DNA of 64,000 bases, from NCBI RefSeq assembly GCF_018350175.1, contig NC_058368.1:179306001-179370000 (forward strand), written 5' to 3'. Positions within the stretch are counted from its first letter, which is position 1. Each line of letters begins with the position of its first letter. This document shows positions 40,190 through 54,235 of this stretch, one piece after another. A program made the translations under genes and the position numbers. The notes beneath the pieces were generated by a model. The model saw nothing but the letters and a program-made list of their open reading frames with translations, was not told the origin of the DNA and ran no database searches. Source of the stretch: Felis catus. Its lineage: Eukaryota.

Positions 40190-40584
40190 TGTATGGGTTC
40201 AGTTGTTCCCCCCAAAATTAGTATGTTGAAGTCCTAACCCCTGGTACCTTAGAATATGACCTTATTTAGAGGTGGGTCCTTTTACTAAGTGTGAGCCCTA
40301 ATCCAGTATGGCTAGCATCCTTATAAAATGGGGAATTTTGGACACAAATACAGGCATGCATAGAGGGAAGACAATGTGAAAAGATATATAGAGAAGAAAG
40401 CTATCTATAAACCAAGCAAAAAGGCCTAGAACAGATTCTTCCCTCACAGCCCTCAGAAAGAATGAACCCTACCCCGCTAACAACTTGATTTTAAACTGCT
40501 AGCCTCCAGAACTATGAGGCAATAAATATCTATTGTTTAAACCATCTTGTTTATTTCATTTCAGTAGCCCTAGCAAACTGTTAC
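40190..40584 (+). mobile_element. MaLR solo LTR (MLT1B-like)
   Basis: TGTATGGG...GTTGAAGTCCTAACCCCTGGTACC...CCCTCACAGCCCTCAGAAAGAA...GCAATAAAT...GCCCTAGCAAACTGTTACA. Confidence 0.85.
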
Positions 40585-43500
40585 AGAATTTATTTTCATA
40601 TGATTGAGACCAATTGCCTCCTGGATGATTGTTGAAATCTCAGAAGTGTGGACTTCCAAAGGATGGGAACTTCCAAAGTCCCTGTAATGCCCACCAGCAG
40701 GTGCAGAAGATGGCTTAGTAAATCCCATTTTCACAGACAATCAATACTCTGTTAAATGTGGAGAAAGGGGGAATATATTTCTCAATATATATATCTTCTA
40801 GTAGAAACACTGGCCTTTGAGTCCAAAAACCTGAGCTCAAGTTATTAATATGCCACAGACTGGTTTTGTTTTTTTTGTTTTTTTTTTTTTTTTGGAACAA
40901 GTTTTTTCATTTATGAACACTCCCTAATGGAGTTCTACAGTTCCCATTAAGTTCTATTTTCTCACTTTAAGAACCCATGTTTAGAAAGTATATGTCTCTA
41001 AGCTTCCAAAATGTCAGTCATCTCCACAGCTGGAGAGAGGGAGAGTCAGGGCAGGGCTCATGGGAGATGTGAAGAGGTTTGACTAGCTGTCTAGACAGAC
41101 AATCTCAATGTTTAAACTTGACTGAACGTCTGTTAATCATCTAAGATGCTCCTGATGCTACATCAGCCTGGTCACCTGGCCGCCAAAGATTGTTTGATTG
41201 TTTGATTGTGGCAACTCAGGGGCTACAAGATAATGAACTAATGAATGGGGAAAAAGTCTATCTAGTCTACACAGAATCCAGATCCTAAGTGATACTAGGA
41301 ACTCAGGCTACTAGCTTTGGTCTACCATGAATGGAATTCAGTTTTCCTCATAATTGGCAGGATTCCAGGACCCAAAAACCCTCATTTCCAACTGTTTAGT
41401 CTGCCTATAAGAAAGTGTATAAATTTTATTCTCAAAAAACAAGTTAATCTGAATTGGACAAAGCATCTCTTTCTTTAGTCTTTACTCCAACAGAGGTCCC
41501 TTTCTCTCTAGCTACTACCAAACAAGTGAGGGAAGGGCACTTATTCTGACATTGGAGATTGTCTCCTACCATGTGGTTGTTCTCTCTCTTTTGAATTTTG
41601 GGGAACTTGGAATGAAAATTCAAAAAGAATTTAAAAATCTAATCAAATGAAATCAAGTTAATCAAATCATATCAATCCAATCAGGGCATGCTACTGTCTT
41701 GCTGAATCTGTCTGAAGGAGCAAGAATCAGACCAAGACTCCAGCCAGGTTGTTGGAGGTTATTTAGTTCCCATCTTTCTATACAGTGATAGTTGCTGACA
41801 CTGCAGGAGAAAATGGAACCTTTAGATGGGAAAGACATACGCTCACCCTCAAAAATGTATTTATCTGGCTCCAAATGAGAGAATCTCTCTTTCTAGGGAG
41901 AACGAAGAGGGTACAAATGTTTCTTCAGTCTCTTCTCCAGTATCACAAATGTCAATAATGGCAATAAATATTTTATGAGACACTGTTAGGCAGTGATCAA
42001 CCAATAGCAAATGTAGCACTGGTCCTTTCCGAATCTACGTGTTAGGAGGGAAGCCCATCGTTTTTCAGACCACTGGCTATACTAGTACTTTACATGGGAT
42101 TTTCTCATTAAATATTCCAACAACCCTATTGGGGGGCTATTATGATACCTGTTCTATAGTTAGGAAAGTTGAGAGTGTGCATAGTTTATCTTTGCCTATG
42201 GTCATGTATCCTAAAGGTGGTGATGGTGGCATTTGATTCCAGGCACTCTGGGGTGGAAGACAGTACACCTATTCAGCCTTCTCCCCAACTTCCCAATGTG
42301 GTCCTGTAAACAGAGTTATGTGTCTTACCTCTATCCTGTTTACATGTGTGATGGTGCCCCAGGAACCAGGACACATCTCTGGCTAGGCTTTGGCTTACTC
42401 ACCAATATCTCACTTTCCCCTTAGATCCTGGAGTCTAGAATTCAGCATTTTTATTTTAACTCAGCTCTGTCTCTCAGAAAGCACAGTTGCAGAATGTTAT
42501 TTCGGTTCTTCAGTGTAGTTTTTTTTCCCCTCTGTCTTCTGACCCCTTTCTCATTCTCGTTCTCTCATAATTATAATAACAGTTTGAGAAGGAGGTTATA
42601 CTTGATTTTGGACTAGTATTTCTTCCAGATTTTGGTTCTGTATTTGAGGTTTGAGGATGCTAATTATCCATTCATTTTCTGTTGTTGCTTTTTGTTGTTT
42701 TTGTTTTGTTTTGTTTTGTTTTACCAGTGGCAGACAGATATAATGAGATTGGGGAAGACCAAATTCTAGGATCAGTTTTGTGAATTCCAGATTTGGGGCT
42801 GCTGGCACTCTGTGCTGAAATATACAGATTGACCTTGAAATAATAATGGTTCTTCCCACTACTTCCTCTTCCCTATGCCCCAAATGTAAACTTTGGTACC
42901 CTCTCTGGGGTCTGCATGACTGACATTTAGCTAGCCAGTTACCTGAAAGGCTGTACCTGGTAACTGGCAGGATAGAGAGCTGAGGAGGGGACTGAGTCTC
43001 CAAGTCTTCTCTTGGAGGCAGATCCACAGCCTGACCTAGCATGCTTTCTGTCTAACAGCAGGAGCACAAAGTACAATTTGGCCCCCTTGCTGGCAGGTGG
43101 GATGAAGTGAGAGTGGACAGAGCCTGTTTCCCACTTCTGTGGCAGAGTATCTCCATGCACTAGAGCCAGGACATGGCCTTCCAAATTTACTGGGCAGGAA
43201 GGGAGTGATCATATTAGTGGGTAGAGAGAAGAGTAGAAGTGTTGGTGAAAGCACCCCCTTTTCTGAAAGACTAAAAGTAAGAAGAATAAGCACTTCATTT
43301 AATACTCAGACATCTGACACATGATTTCTCCCATTTAGCAGACTGTAGAATTCTTTCTCTGTGGAAGAAAGAGCCAGGGAAACACTTAGTGCTGGAAGAG
43401 GCAAGCTCGTTCGTGTTGCAGATGAGAAAACTGAGAACCTCGGCGACTCGCCCAAGGATACACATGTGCTTAGGAACTGGACCAAGGAACCCAGAAGTCC

Positions 43501-44105
43501 TGACTCCCCTCCCCGTGTTCCTCTGTTCATTGACTCAGGCTGGAACTTGGAGGCTTCTCCCTGAGAACATCCACAACACCCACAAACGATTTTCAGCTTG
43601 CTCTCAAAAGCTTCATATGATATCTAAATTCTCTTTGTTCAAGAGCTTTAATCAAGTGGCCTTAGGCAATACATGGCTCATCCCAGTCCCAATCCAATTG
43701 TCTCTGTCTGTTGACTGTCACCCTCTTCCTTGCAGTCTTTTGTTCTACACCAGGAACCCTAAAGGCAAGCTTGGAAAATCAAAGAGCCCTTCTAGTAGGT
43801 GCCCTGTCAGTCTGGACCAGACAGGAACAGGAAAAGGTGTTTAGTGACCCATCTTCTGTATCTTCTCCTTCTTGAGAAATTTTTAATTTGAATTTCTGTT
43901 TATTACACAAGTAATATCTTGAGAGCTATGAATAGAAGATGGCATTTTCATCTAACCAGAGAAGGACATGAGTAGAATACAAGCTTTGAAATCAAGAAGG
44001 ACTGGATGCAAATTCTAGCTCTGCCACTCTGTTGATTTATGACACAAAACAAACTTAACCACTAGAATTGCAGTTTCTTCATCTATAAGTGCGAATAATA
44101 AAAGC

Positions 44106-44173
<68 letters not shown>
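44106..44173. repeat. (TG)n microsatellite inside a MIR (~43970-44220)
   Basis: Seen directly; MIR core CTCTGCCACT...CAGTTTCTTCATCTATAA upstream. Confidence 0.9.
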
Positions 44174-44176
<3 letters not shown>

Positions 44177-45594
44177 ATAATAATGTTTATAAGGTCCTGG
44201 ACATGTACATTTAATAAGTTTTAGTTCTCTCCCACTCTCCTTCTTTACTATAACTGTTTGTAATTTTGCTGTACTTCTTTAAGTTCTTGTCCAAATGCAG
44301 ATATACTTTCACTTCCTGTAGATGTAATTTTGCTTCTTAAGATTTTCACCTAATGTTACACCATCATTTGTTTTCCTCTGTTACTCTTAAGTTTGGATTA
44401 GATGAAATTGCTCATATTCATCTGTTTTGAGCCAGATAGAAGATTTTATATATTTCCACCTACTATAGACTTTTCAGAATCATCATTGTAAAGGAATGAA
44501 TAATATTTTATTGAGTTGATATATCATGATTTGTATAAGAACTCCCCATTGTTGACTCCCCATTTTTGGTTATTTCTCATTTTCCCCATTAAAAAAATAG
44601 TTCTAAGTAAAAATCTTCACATAGATTTTTTTTTTCCTTCTTTGAATTATTTTCTTGGGATAAATCCAGAAGTAGCTCCAGTTTTTATTTTAAGGCCCAA
44701 TATTTTGCCCATGTTTTGCCCATATTTGTCACTTCCAAAATCTGTTCCCAAAGTCTGTCTAAGGAGTTAAATCTTTGACAAGAACCACTCAGAAAACAAT
44801 GGGAATTCTAAAAATCAGCACCTGGTATGTGTCAGGGCTGAGGCAGAGGGGCAAACAACAAAGATACAGTGGGAATTCTTCTCTGGAAGCCTGGTCAATC
44901 TCAGATAGAAAAAAAAAAGATATTTCATTCATTTTGAACTGTCAGGAAAGTCGGGGGGAAATGCACAAAAAGGAGAATCTTGGAAGCCACTTTAATGTTC
45001 ATCAGTAGGAGAATAAAAAAATAAAATGTAATATAGTTCTCTGATGGACAATTATAAGCAGTTAAAAATGAACTAAATCAATATATAGCAATATGGAAAA
45101 ATTCTCAAAAATAGTTAATGAAGAAAAGTTAAAGTACAATATAGTATACACTTATATCAACTTAAAAACCACATGTGACAATATTTTGTATTCTCATGGA
45201 CACTAACATATTCATTTAGAAATAAAAAAAATAAACTGGAAAGATGCACATCAAAATCATGATCCCCTTTACTTTTGGAAAGGAAAACAGAGGTGATTTG
45301 AATTATACCTATATTTTTTATTAAAAAAAACACAGAAGAAAATATGGCAAAAAGTGAATGAGAGTGAATTCTAGGAAGAGGACATCTAAATGCTTGTTTT
45401 ATTATGTTTGGTATTTGTCTGTATTTGTTAAATTTCTCAAATCATCGTTATCATCATCATCAATAACAAAAGATCTAAAGATGAGAAGTGGCGGAATTGT
45501 TGGAGAGACCACCCAAGTGGAACCTGTATCTCTTCAAGGTGGTCATGAATCAGCATATTAGTTACTCTTGTTAAGTTACTCTTTGTTACTCTTT

Positions 45595-45804
45595 TTTTTT
45601 TAATTTTTTTTTTTATTTTTGGGACAGAGAGACAAAGCATGAACGGGGGAGGGGCAGAGAGAGAGGGAGACACAGAATCGGAAACAGGCTCCAGGCTCTG
45701 AGCCATCAGCCCAGAGCCTGACGCGGGGCTCGAACTCACGGACCGCGAGATGGTGACCTGAGCTGAAGTCAGACGCTTAACCGACTGCGCCACCCAGGCG
45801 CCCC
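45595..45804 (-). mobile_element. Young CanSINE (SINEC_Fc)
   Basis: Perfect TSD TCTTTGTTACTCTTT (45580-45594, 45805-45819). Confidence 0.97.
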
Positions 45805-46283
45805 TCTTTGTTACTCTTTAAGTTAGTTTTCCTTTCCTTGCATTAAAACGGCTCTACCCTATTGTCTGCTCTGTGACACTTTCAAGTGTTTGGTCAGCTG
45901 GTGTTTCTGGGAAGCACTGAAACCCCAAGGCTACTTCTCTAGTCTTATCTCAGATGGATCCCACAAAGACTGAATCTTCACTTGAGATTCTAGGAATCAC
46001 CTGACTGAACAACTACTTATCTGATTTGAGAGATTTGAATACTGACCAATTGCTAGTTCAGCTAGTAAGTAGTTTTTGATAATTTGTTTCTGATAAATGA
46101 AACAAGAAACTGCAAAGAAGGAAGAACTTGTGATGAATTGAATTTTTGATCTACAATGAACATGTTTTAAGTCAGGTCAGGCAGGTAAAACATCATAGCC
46201 AGAGAACAGGTGGAGCTAGCTGAGTGCCAAGCATAGAGGTTTAGCCGAGAAGGCCAAGAGACCATATTGTCATGTTACCCAAC

Positions 46284-46772
46284 TGTAGCAGATAGTGTGG
46301 TATACCACCAGATTCTGCCCAAGGCACTTACTCTACCAGTTGCTAGTACTGTTGACTCCTGACAGCTTACAGCTGCATCCCTTTCCAGGAACTGCCAAAA
46401 CCGGTTGCCTAATGTTATTCTTTATCCTTAGGAATAAACTACATCCAAGGAATGGTCTTAGTGAACATGCAAATACCTGGCTCTTTTGCTTCAATTGGGA
46501 CAATTTAAGGGGCATTTCAGCACCAGAGCTCCCTACAACATTGACTGAAGACTATTGTTAAGTATAGCACAGTTCAGCCTCTTCTTCCTCTACCCAATCT
46601 TCATCCTTACCTCTTGCCCCTCATGCCCCAGAGGTGTTGTTGATCTAAGAGCAACGACTTCCTGAATTAAAATCTCAGAATCTGGAACAATAGCAAAAGT
46701 AAAATTGAAAACAAAATGATAAAAATCCTTAGAGTTCTCATGGTCTATCTTACAGGGAGCCTGATCTATAAC
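46284..46772 (+). mobile_element. ERVL solo LTR (LTR16-like)
   Basis: TGTAGCAGATAGTGTGG...GGGACAATTTAAGGGGCATTTCAGCACCAGAGCTCCC...CAGGGAGCCTGATCTATAAC. Confidence 0.6.
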
Positions 46773-48003
46773 CTATGGACCTTGAAATCCAACTTTTTCT
46801 TACGCCTGGGTTGTTTGGGTTGTTTAAATTAGTTTTATAAATTGATATTCCTTGTTCCTGTCATCCCTTATAATTAATTAATCAACTACTCTGCTTGCAA
46901 GAAGAAGAATCAGATACAACCCCTGGTCTTGAGGAATTTGTAATTCAGATTAAAAACTGAGACATCATTTTAAAAAATAGTCAAACTCCCACCAAATGAA
47001 ATAACAATACAAAAATCTCGCTAAGAAATACTACAAATTTACTTGCTTGGTGAGTGGAACAGATGTCTTCTCTCTCAAAAGAGAGAGAATGTTGTGAGTT
47101 AGAGAAGTTAGGAAAGAGATTGGAAAGTTAGCAAACAATAAAAGAATTAGAAAACTGGAAAAGAGCAAGGAAGTTCACAAATATATTGTCCACAGATACA
47201 ATGATGAATTAGATGGTTAAGAGGAGAGTGGAGGTAATTCTGTATTAGAGTTTGGACTGATTGAAGCAGGAACGAAAAGCCTAGCTGGAAGAACTGTGAG
47301 AAAAAGGAGGACAAAGGTATTCTGGGACATAACTGAATGCAGTTCATTGTCAGATTGCGAAGAGCATCACATATTGGGCTAAGGAGCTTGGTTTTACCCT
47401 GAAGATAGTGGGATGGGCTTAAGGATGGGGAAGACACTGAAGGCTTAGGAACAGGGGAGAGACAAGAGATCAGCAGTGTTGAAAGAAAGCTGAACTGGTG
47501 GAGGGTGTATAAGATCCACTGAAAGGATGAGCCCAGAGGCAGCCTGAGGCTTGTGCAGAGGTCTACTTTTAAGCTGTAGGTCAGAAAATAAGGGTGATGT
47601 CAAGCCTGCTTCCTGGGCTGATCACTGAAAACTAGTCCAGATGTTCAGTGCAGCCTGTGTCACAATAGTCCCCGTCTCCCTGCTTTTGATGCTTTTCCCT
47701 CAGTAACCTCCTATCTGTCTTCTCATCTACATCCTACTTGTTCAGTGCAGCCCAGGACAAACCATGCCTCTTTCATAGAGTCTTCTCTGTCCCCTTCAGT
47801 CCACAGTGATCTCTCTCTTCTTTGAACTCCTACAGTCCTTGAAGCCAAACTATTTAACTGTTCTGAGTTTAATCTAAGTCAGCACTGTCTTATAAGTTAT
47901 TGTTGAAGCTCATCATTATGTCTAGACAAGAGCTAGGAACCCAGTTATACACCACTGTGTTGTCTGGTTTCTTAATTCTCTTCAAAAAATTTAAAGATAC
48001 ATG

Positions 48004-48440
48004 TTTTTTTTAATTGATATGTAACCTGATATTTGTTTCAGGTATATAACATGATGATTAACATTTGTTAATGATCACCACAATAAGTGTAGTTAACTTC
48101 TATCACCTTACATAGTTGCAAAACATTTTTTTTCTTATAGTGAGAACTTTTAAGATCTGTGTTCTAGCAACTTTCAAATATGCAATTCAGTATTATTACC
48201 ACATAGTCACTATGTGGTACCCTCCATCCCCATGACTTATTTATTTTATAACTAGAAGTCTGTACCTTTCGACTCTCTTCACCCATTTCTCCTACCCTCC
48301 ATTCCCCACCTCTGGAAATCTCCAATCTGTTCACTGTATCTATGAGCTTGGATTTTTTTTTTTTTTTGTATTGGTTTTTTTTTCATTTAGTTATATTCCA
48401 CATATAAGTGAGCTCATATGACATTTGTCTTTCTCTTTTT
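48004..48440 (-). mobile_element. L1MA9-like 3' end
   Basis: ATGATCACCACAATAAG...GTGAGAACTTTTAAGATCT...AGCAACTTTCAAATATGCAA...ATTCCACATATAAGTGAG. Confidence 0.8.
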
Positions 48441-48539
48441 GATTTCTTAATTCTTAATTAGTTGATGGCTTTCTCTTCTTTACCCTCATTTATAAAAACA
48501 TTCTTTTCACCTATCTTTTCCTCTTCTGACTTTAAAACA

Positions 48540-48740
48540 TTAAACCCTCATTGTGTGTCAAACCCTGGCTTTTCATCTGTAGCTCTCTAACTCTCACAGC
48601 AATCCTGAGAGGTAAGTCTTATCATTATCCCCATTTTACAGATATGGACATGAGGCACAAGAGGTTAAATAACTTGCTCATATTTATACAGCTAGTGAGT
48701 AGTAGAGTCAGGGTTCTAAAGTAGGCAGCCTGACTCTACT
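48540..48740 (-). mobile_element. MIR SINE
   Basis: CTCACAGCAATCCTGAGAGGTAAG...CCCATTTTACAGAT...GAGGCACAAGAGGTTAAATAACTTGC. Confidence 0.8.
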
Positions 48741-49533
48741 ACCTACCCATTTAATCCCTACCCTATTCAACAAGGGACTCAAAAAAGGGTTGATGGATGC
48801 AGGAGGGAATGAGAAATGGATCACGTATGACATGTCCAAGTCTTCTTGCACAGTAAGAGATTAGCTTCTCAAAGAAGGCATTCTCTGAACGTTTGTAAGG
48901 GAAGAAACATTGCTACCAATCCCAGGTATTCCCATAGTGGATTTAGTGTGTGTATATAGGCTACTGCTGATGGGACCTCTGAGGTCTCATTCAATTCTTA
49001 AAGATTAAGAGACTATAAAACTCTCAGAAAAGGTATTGAAACCAGGAATTTCTACAAAGCATGTTTGGTTGACTTAGATGTGTATTTAAAATTAAGGTGC
49101 TAAACAAGTCACAAACCCTTTAAAGTATATTGTTCGTCTTAATCTGTAGCTTCAAATGCTCATAAACCTCTCCAGATATTAGATAGGCCTATAGGGTTTG
49201 GGATTCCTTTGGGGCTCAGTTAACTTAAAAAGACCAAGGCACAAGCAAAGCCAGGGGTGTTTATCATTAAGGCTCATCATTGTTTCCCACTTTCCTCTTC
49301 CTTTATCAAAAGTCAAAGGCAATGTGAAAGATATGTGGCTATCAGAGGGTTATCGCTTGTTGCCAAGTGAAAAAACACAGCTGAGTTGGATTTAGCTTGA
49401 TGGCCCCTCTGTTGAAATTCAGGATCTCTTATCTTTGCTTCCACTTCTCCTGTCTAGACACTTGACAATGATTTGCAGGAAATTGAGGCACTTACCCTGC
49501 TGAGAAGTCAGCGCTAAAACATTTCTGAATATA

Positions 49534-49534
<1 letters not shown>

Positions 49535-49588
<54 letters not shown>
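49535..49588. repeat. (TG)n microsatellite
   Basis: Seen directly. Confidence 0.95.
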
Positions 49589-49589
<1 letters not shown>

Positions 49590-50554
49590 TGCAAGTTAAC
49601 GATAATGCAAAAGGAAAACAGCGATTTTTTTTTTTTTTTCTGGGTATAGGATTAGCAGACCTTCACTCAGGCAGAGGAATGTGATTTTCCATACTCTAGT
49701 TTTTCTAGGCTGGTAAGTTTGTCCATTTATTTAGGGCACAAAACACTGGTCTGTCTCATAGGACAAAAGAAAATTAGAAGATCTAAGATTCTTATTTGCA
49801 ACTACTTTTTCTTTATTTACTTTCTATTTTATTTTTCTTACAAAAACAGGAAAATAATTTTATTTTCTCCACAGCTGGTATCAGAACTTCTTACAATGAA
49901 ATTTGGCTTTTGTTGAGAAAATGCACTCATAAATTCACTTTGGGGTTTTCAGGGCCTAGGTGTTATCATCTGGCATCCAGGTTTTGAGAAGAAAGAGGTT
50001 TTGCTGCTGGATGGATTGGAGAAGAAATTTGGGATTTGGCTTTCCTGTGAGCATCTAGAGGGGGTGAGCCTTTAGGGTGAATGTTGTTGGAAAAAGAAAA
50101 GAGAGACTTCCAAAGTTGTCAATTCTAAGGAAAATATTTGAGGGAGTATGAAAACGTCTAAAGGCCAGTTTTAAGATTTTCTCTGTAGGATAATTAGTAT
50201 AAACTACTCCCACCTCACCTCTCATTTCTCTTATGAAATCTATTTTTTTTTGGAGGAAGAGAAGGTAAATTGTGTGTTCATGTTGATGACCAAAATTCTT
50301 ACATGGATTCAATAGCCAGAGTTTAGGGAGAAAACAATTGTCTGGGTCACATTTTAGGGTTGTCTAAATGATTAATTTTTGCACAGTGGACCCAGTTGGC
50401 TGCAGATTTGATCTGATTTAGTCAAGATGCTAACTCTTCAATAGGCAGTGCTCAATCACATTATCTTTCATTCTGCAATACATTCAGGAGAAAGGAAATG
50501 AGGAAGAACCAGCCATTTGTAGAAGGCCAACCTTTCCTGTAGGAAGCATTTCAG

Positions 50555-50886
50555 AATGCAATGGAAATTTATTTTCTCACAGTTCTGGAAGCTAGTCTGA
50601 GATCATGGTATCAGCAAGGTTGATTTCATTGTGAGGTTTCTCTCCTTGGCTTGTAGATGGATGTCTTCTCCCTTTTGTTCACATGGGCTTTCCTCAGTCT
50701 GTGCATCTGTGTCCTAATCCTCTCTTAGAATACCAATCCTGTTAGGTTAAGGCCTACTCATATGACCTCATTTTACCTTAATTACCTCTTTAAAGGCCTA
50801 TTTCCAGATACAGTCGCATTCTGAGGTATTGGGGGTTAGGACTTGAACATATACACTTTTGAAGGGATACAATTCAGTACATAACA
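50555..50886 (-). mobile_element. MaLR LTR (MLT1A/B-like)
   Basis: GAAATTTATTTTCTCACAGTTCTGGAAGCTAG...CATTCTGAGGTATTGGGGGTTAGGACTT...ACAATTCAGTACATAACA. Confidence 0.8.
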
Positions 50887-52457
50887 GAAATTGGGGAAAT
50901 TTCTTCACATATGCACACATAACACACACACCCTACATCTGAAGACACACATGTTTTTAGCTGCTACACAATAACACACATGCATTTTAGCAAAGTTTGA
51001 AGGATTTCTGCCATGGCTGGAGGCATGTAGTGGGGGATATGCAGTAAATTCTACTGAATACAGCATGATGTAGCCCACCAGGAATGTTTTCTGTTTTGCA
51101 GCACTCTTTACAATCACACTGGGGCTTTTTTTCCCCATGTCTGTAAACTCCAAATGGTATTACTTTAAACCGTGCTATACTTGTGAAACTCAGACCTTAG
51201 TTCTGTCTTCTGCAAGAGCCAATGCTGTTTTGTTTGTTTGTCTCAGCTCTGTTCCTAGCTTTCTTTAGTATTTCTACAATTGATCTAACAGAACACTTCC
51301 AGTATCTACCAAGGGAATTAGCAATTCCTTTAAATAACTCCAGCCTGCCCATCTTGCTTTTTTGAGAAACCTATCAACCTTGCTTGAATGTGTCTATGGG
51401 TGTTCCTTTTATAGCTGGAGATGGAGAAGCTAGCTATAGCATCAGAGCCCAGCTTTTGTTCTGGTGTTTGTGGCCATGTTCTTGAAGAAATGGGGGGCCT
51501 CCATTCTGGAGAAGCTTGTGTGAATCATGATTTGCTTAAGATAATTGTAATAATTTTCATTCCTCTTGCTAGTGATTAGTTTAAGCATGGAACCTTAGAG
51601 AAAGTCTGCTCAGTGGCTTTTTGGAAGAGGTACATGTTAGACAGTGACAATACCCATTCCATTTATTACTGATTGTGCTTTTATCTGCTTTAATATTTGG
51701 CTTTTTGCAGCTATCTTATGTCCATGAAGACTCTCTATCTCAGTAAAACAATATCCATCTCATAGGAGTTTCGAGAGGACCAGCTATGTCAAAATGCTTG
51801 TAAAACATTTAGAACTGCTTAAAACTTACAGGCACTCAACATATGAAAGTGAGGACCATTTTGAAGGCATGCTGAAGGTGGCAAGGGACCAACCCTAATG
51901 ATACTGCTGAGACGCTGAAGTAACTAACTGCAACTCTGAGTTAGCTACCACTGGGCATCTTATTTTGTGAGATAATACATACCCTCTTTATTGCTGAAGA
52001 TACTTTTAGTTGGGATTTATGTTACTTGCAACAAAAATAATCCTTACTGATACATATCAGTAGATCCTTCTGAGTGAAAGCCTGGTTAACCTCACCAGGT
52101 GGTTCCATTGTTTCCAGTGCTACTAAATGTGCTTGGGAAATTAGTCATTTGTTAAAGAGTTAACTATGCTTCATAGTCAAGAGCAGTATTTTTCATCTTC
52201 CAAGTAATTCGTGCCAGGTACTCTGGGATTTCAAAAGCAATAGACCTTGTATTCCTTGGAGTAATACTATAGAAAAGAGCCTGGATTTTGTAGTCTCTAA
52301 AAGTTGGGTTTAAGTACCTAATGTGACACTTACTGGTTCTATGACCCTGGAAAATCTGCTTAATCTGTATGTGTCTGAGTTTCTTTATCTGTAGGATGGA
52401 AACAAATAATCTTCATGTCCCATAGTTACTGAAGTGATTTTTAAAAATTATACATGT

Positions 52458-52678
52458 GGGGCACCTGGGTGGCGCAGTCGGTTGAGCGTCCAACTTCAGC
52501 CAGGTCACGATCTCGCGGTCCGTGAGTTCGAGCCCCGCGTAAGGCTCTGGGCTGATGGCTCGGAGCCTGGAGCCTGTTTCCGATTCTGTGTCTCCCTCTC
52601 TCTCTGCCCCTCCCCCGTTCATGCTCTGTCTCTCTCTGTCCCAAAAATAAATAAACGTTGAAAAAAAAATTTTTTTTT
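52458..52678 (+). mobile_element. Young CanSINE (SINEC_Fc)
   Basis: TSD AAATTATACATGT (52445-52457, 52679-52691); CpG-rich body. Confidence 0.97.
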
Positions 52679-53044
52679 AAATTATACATGTAGTAATAAT
52701 ATTGAGTTTTTTCTGTGTGGCCCCAGTCATTGTGCTAAAATACAGACATATTATTCTCCCATCCGTGAATCTGCCTAAAACTGTATTAAAGAATTCATCA
52801 AAGCAGAGTCCCATTTTATTCACAGATTTTAAACTGTCCTGGATGAAGATCTTGACATTAGGGCTCTTGAGAATTGGAGTGATACTAGTTATAGATGAGC
52901 CTCTTCATAGTTATTGCCATTTGTGAAACATTTGGAAATGGGCATTGGTTTTCAGGGATGTGCCATGAGAAATGATGATATTCCGCCCCCCCCTCCCGCT
53001 TGACTCAAAACCTTAAAATCATCTTGTTTCATTTTTATCAGAAA

Positions 53045-53408
53045 TGCACTTATTTAATTTCAGTGTCCTCAAGACTATTCCCAACCAAAAAGCAGTGGAT
53101 CAGAACAATTCACATTGAATAGAGCCTTTAAGAGGCCAAAGAACTGCTTGCCAAACACAAATGACCTGAGAAAAACATGTGCCAAGGCAGGCTTGCTGTC
53201 AGATACCCAAGAAACTCGTGTGTTCCTTTCTGCACTTAATTTCAGTGTCCTCAAGACTATTCCCAACCAAAAAGCAGTGGATCAGAACAATTCACATTGA
53301 ACAGAGCCTTTAAGAAGCCAAAGAACTGCTTGCCAAATACTAATGACCTGAGAAAAACATGTACCAAGGCAGGCTTGCTGTCAGATACCCGAGTAACTGA
53401 TGTGTTCC
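53045..53408. repeat. Two-copy tandem duplication, period 182 bp
   Basis: 53056-53226 vs 53238-53408: 9 mismatches in 171 bp by manual alignment. Confidence 0.95.
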
Positions 53409-54125
53409 GAGTTCAGGTTCCATGATGGAGGTGTGTTGATCAATATTCCTTAAGATACCTATAAAAAGAATCTTAATGTCATGTTCTTCCCTTTAAACAA
53501 AGAACAGCATGTGTCTTTTATATTCTCATGATGATGTTTACTTTTTATGTCTTAATTACCAGAAATCCCAGAGGTAAAATTTTGTGTTTAATAGTGATAA
53601 ATAGCTTTAGGTAAGCGTTCTGGTGGAATTAAATTTCCCTTCTCCACCATTACATGGTTCTTGATCCAATGTCCTCAAAATGGTCCCATATATGGTGAGT
53701 TATCTCAACTCTTCTTCTAGGAAGTAGTTATTATCCATTCATTGATTTATTCACACCAGCATGAACAGATACTTTTGGGTTAACTGTGCTATTTGCAGAG
53801 AAATCAGAGGTAAATTAGAACCTCTGCCTTCATCCCCATGATTCTCATAACCCATTGGGAATGATAGACATTAAATAATTTTTTAAGTATTTTTTAATTA
53901 CTAAAAATTAGAAACACAGGTTCCAATGAGAATGTGAAATAGACATTGTGGGAATACATGGTCATCATATGCATATTCTATAAAAAGGCTTCCTTGCACT
54001 CCATGAATCTGAGTTGCAGCTATCAAGATCTTTAGCTGATATGTATAGACAGAGACTGAAGGGGATGTTTTACACATAAAGAAGTGGGTCCTCATTATTA
54101 TTTGTCATTTAAAAAATTCATCCAC

Positions 54126-54235
54126 GAGACGCCTGGTTGGCTCAGTCAGTGGAGCATGCAATTCTTGATCTCAGGATTGTGAGTTTGAGACCCATACTGA
54201 GTAGAGAGATTACTTAAAAATTAAATCTTTATTAA
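54126..54235 (+). mobile_element. Short old carnivore SINE (SINEC_old-like)
   Basis: GACGCCTGGTTGGCTCAGTCAGTGGAGCATG...GAGATTACTTAAAAATTAAATCTT; TSD AAAAATTCATCCA / AAAAAGTCATCCA. Confidence 0.85.

Noticed and set aside
53045..53408. CRISPR-like or other prokaryotic repeat-spacer system
   Set aside because: Only a two-copy tandem duplication with no spacers; the whole window is mammalian and has no cas-like ORFs.
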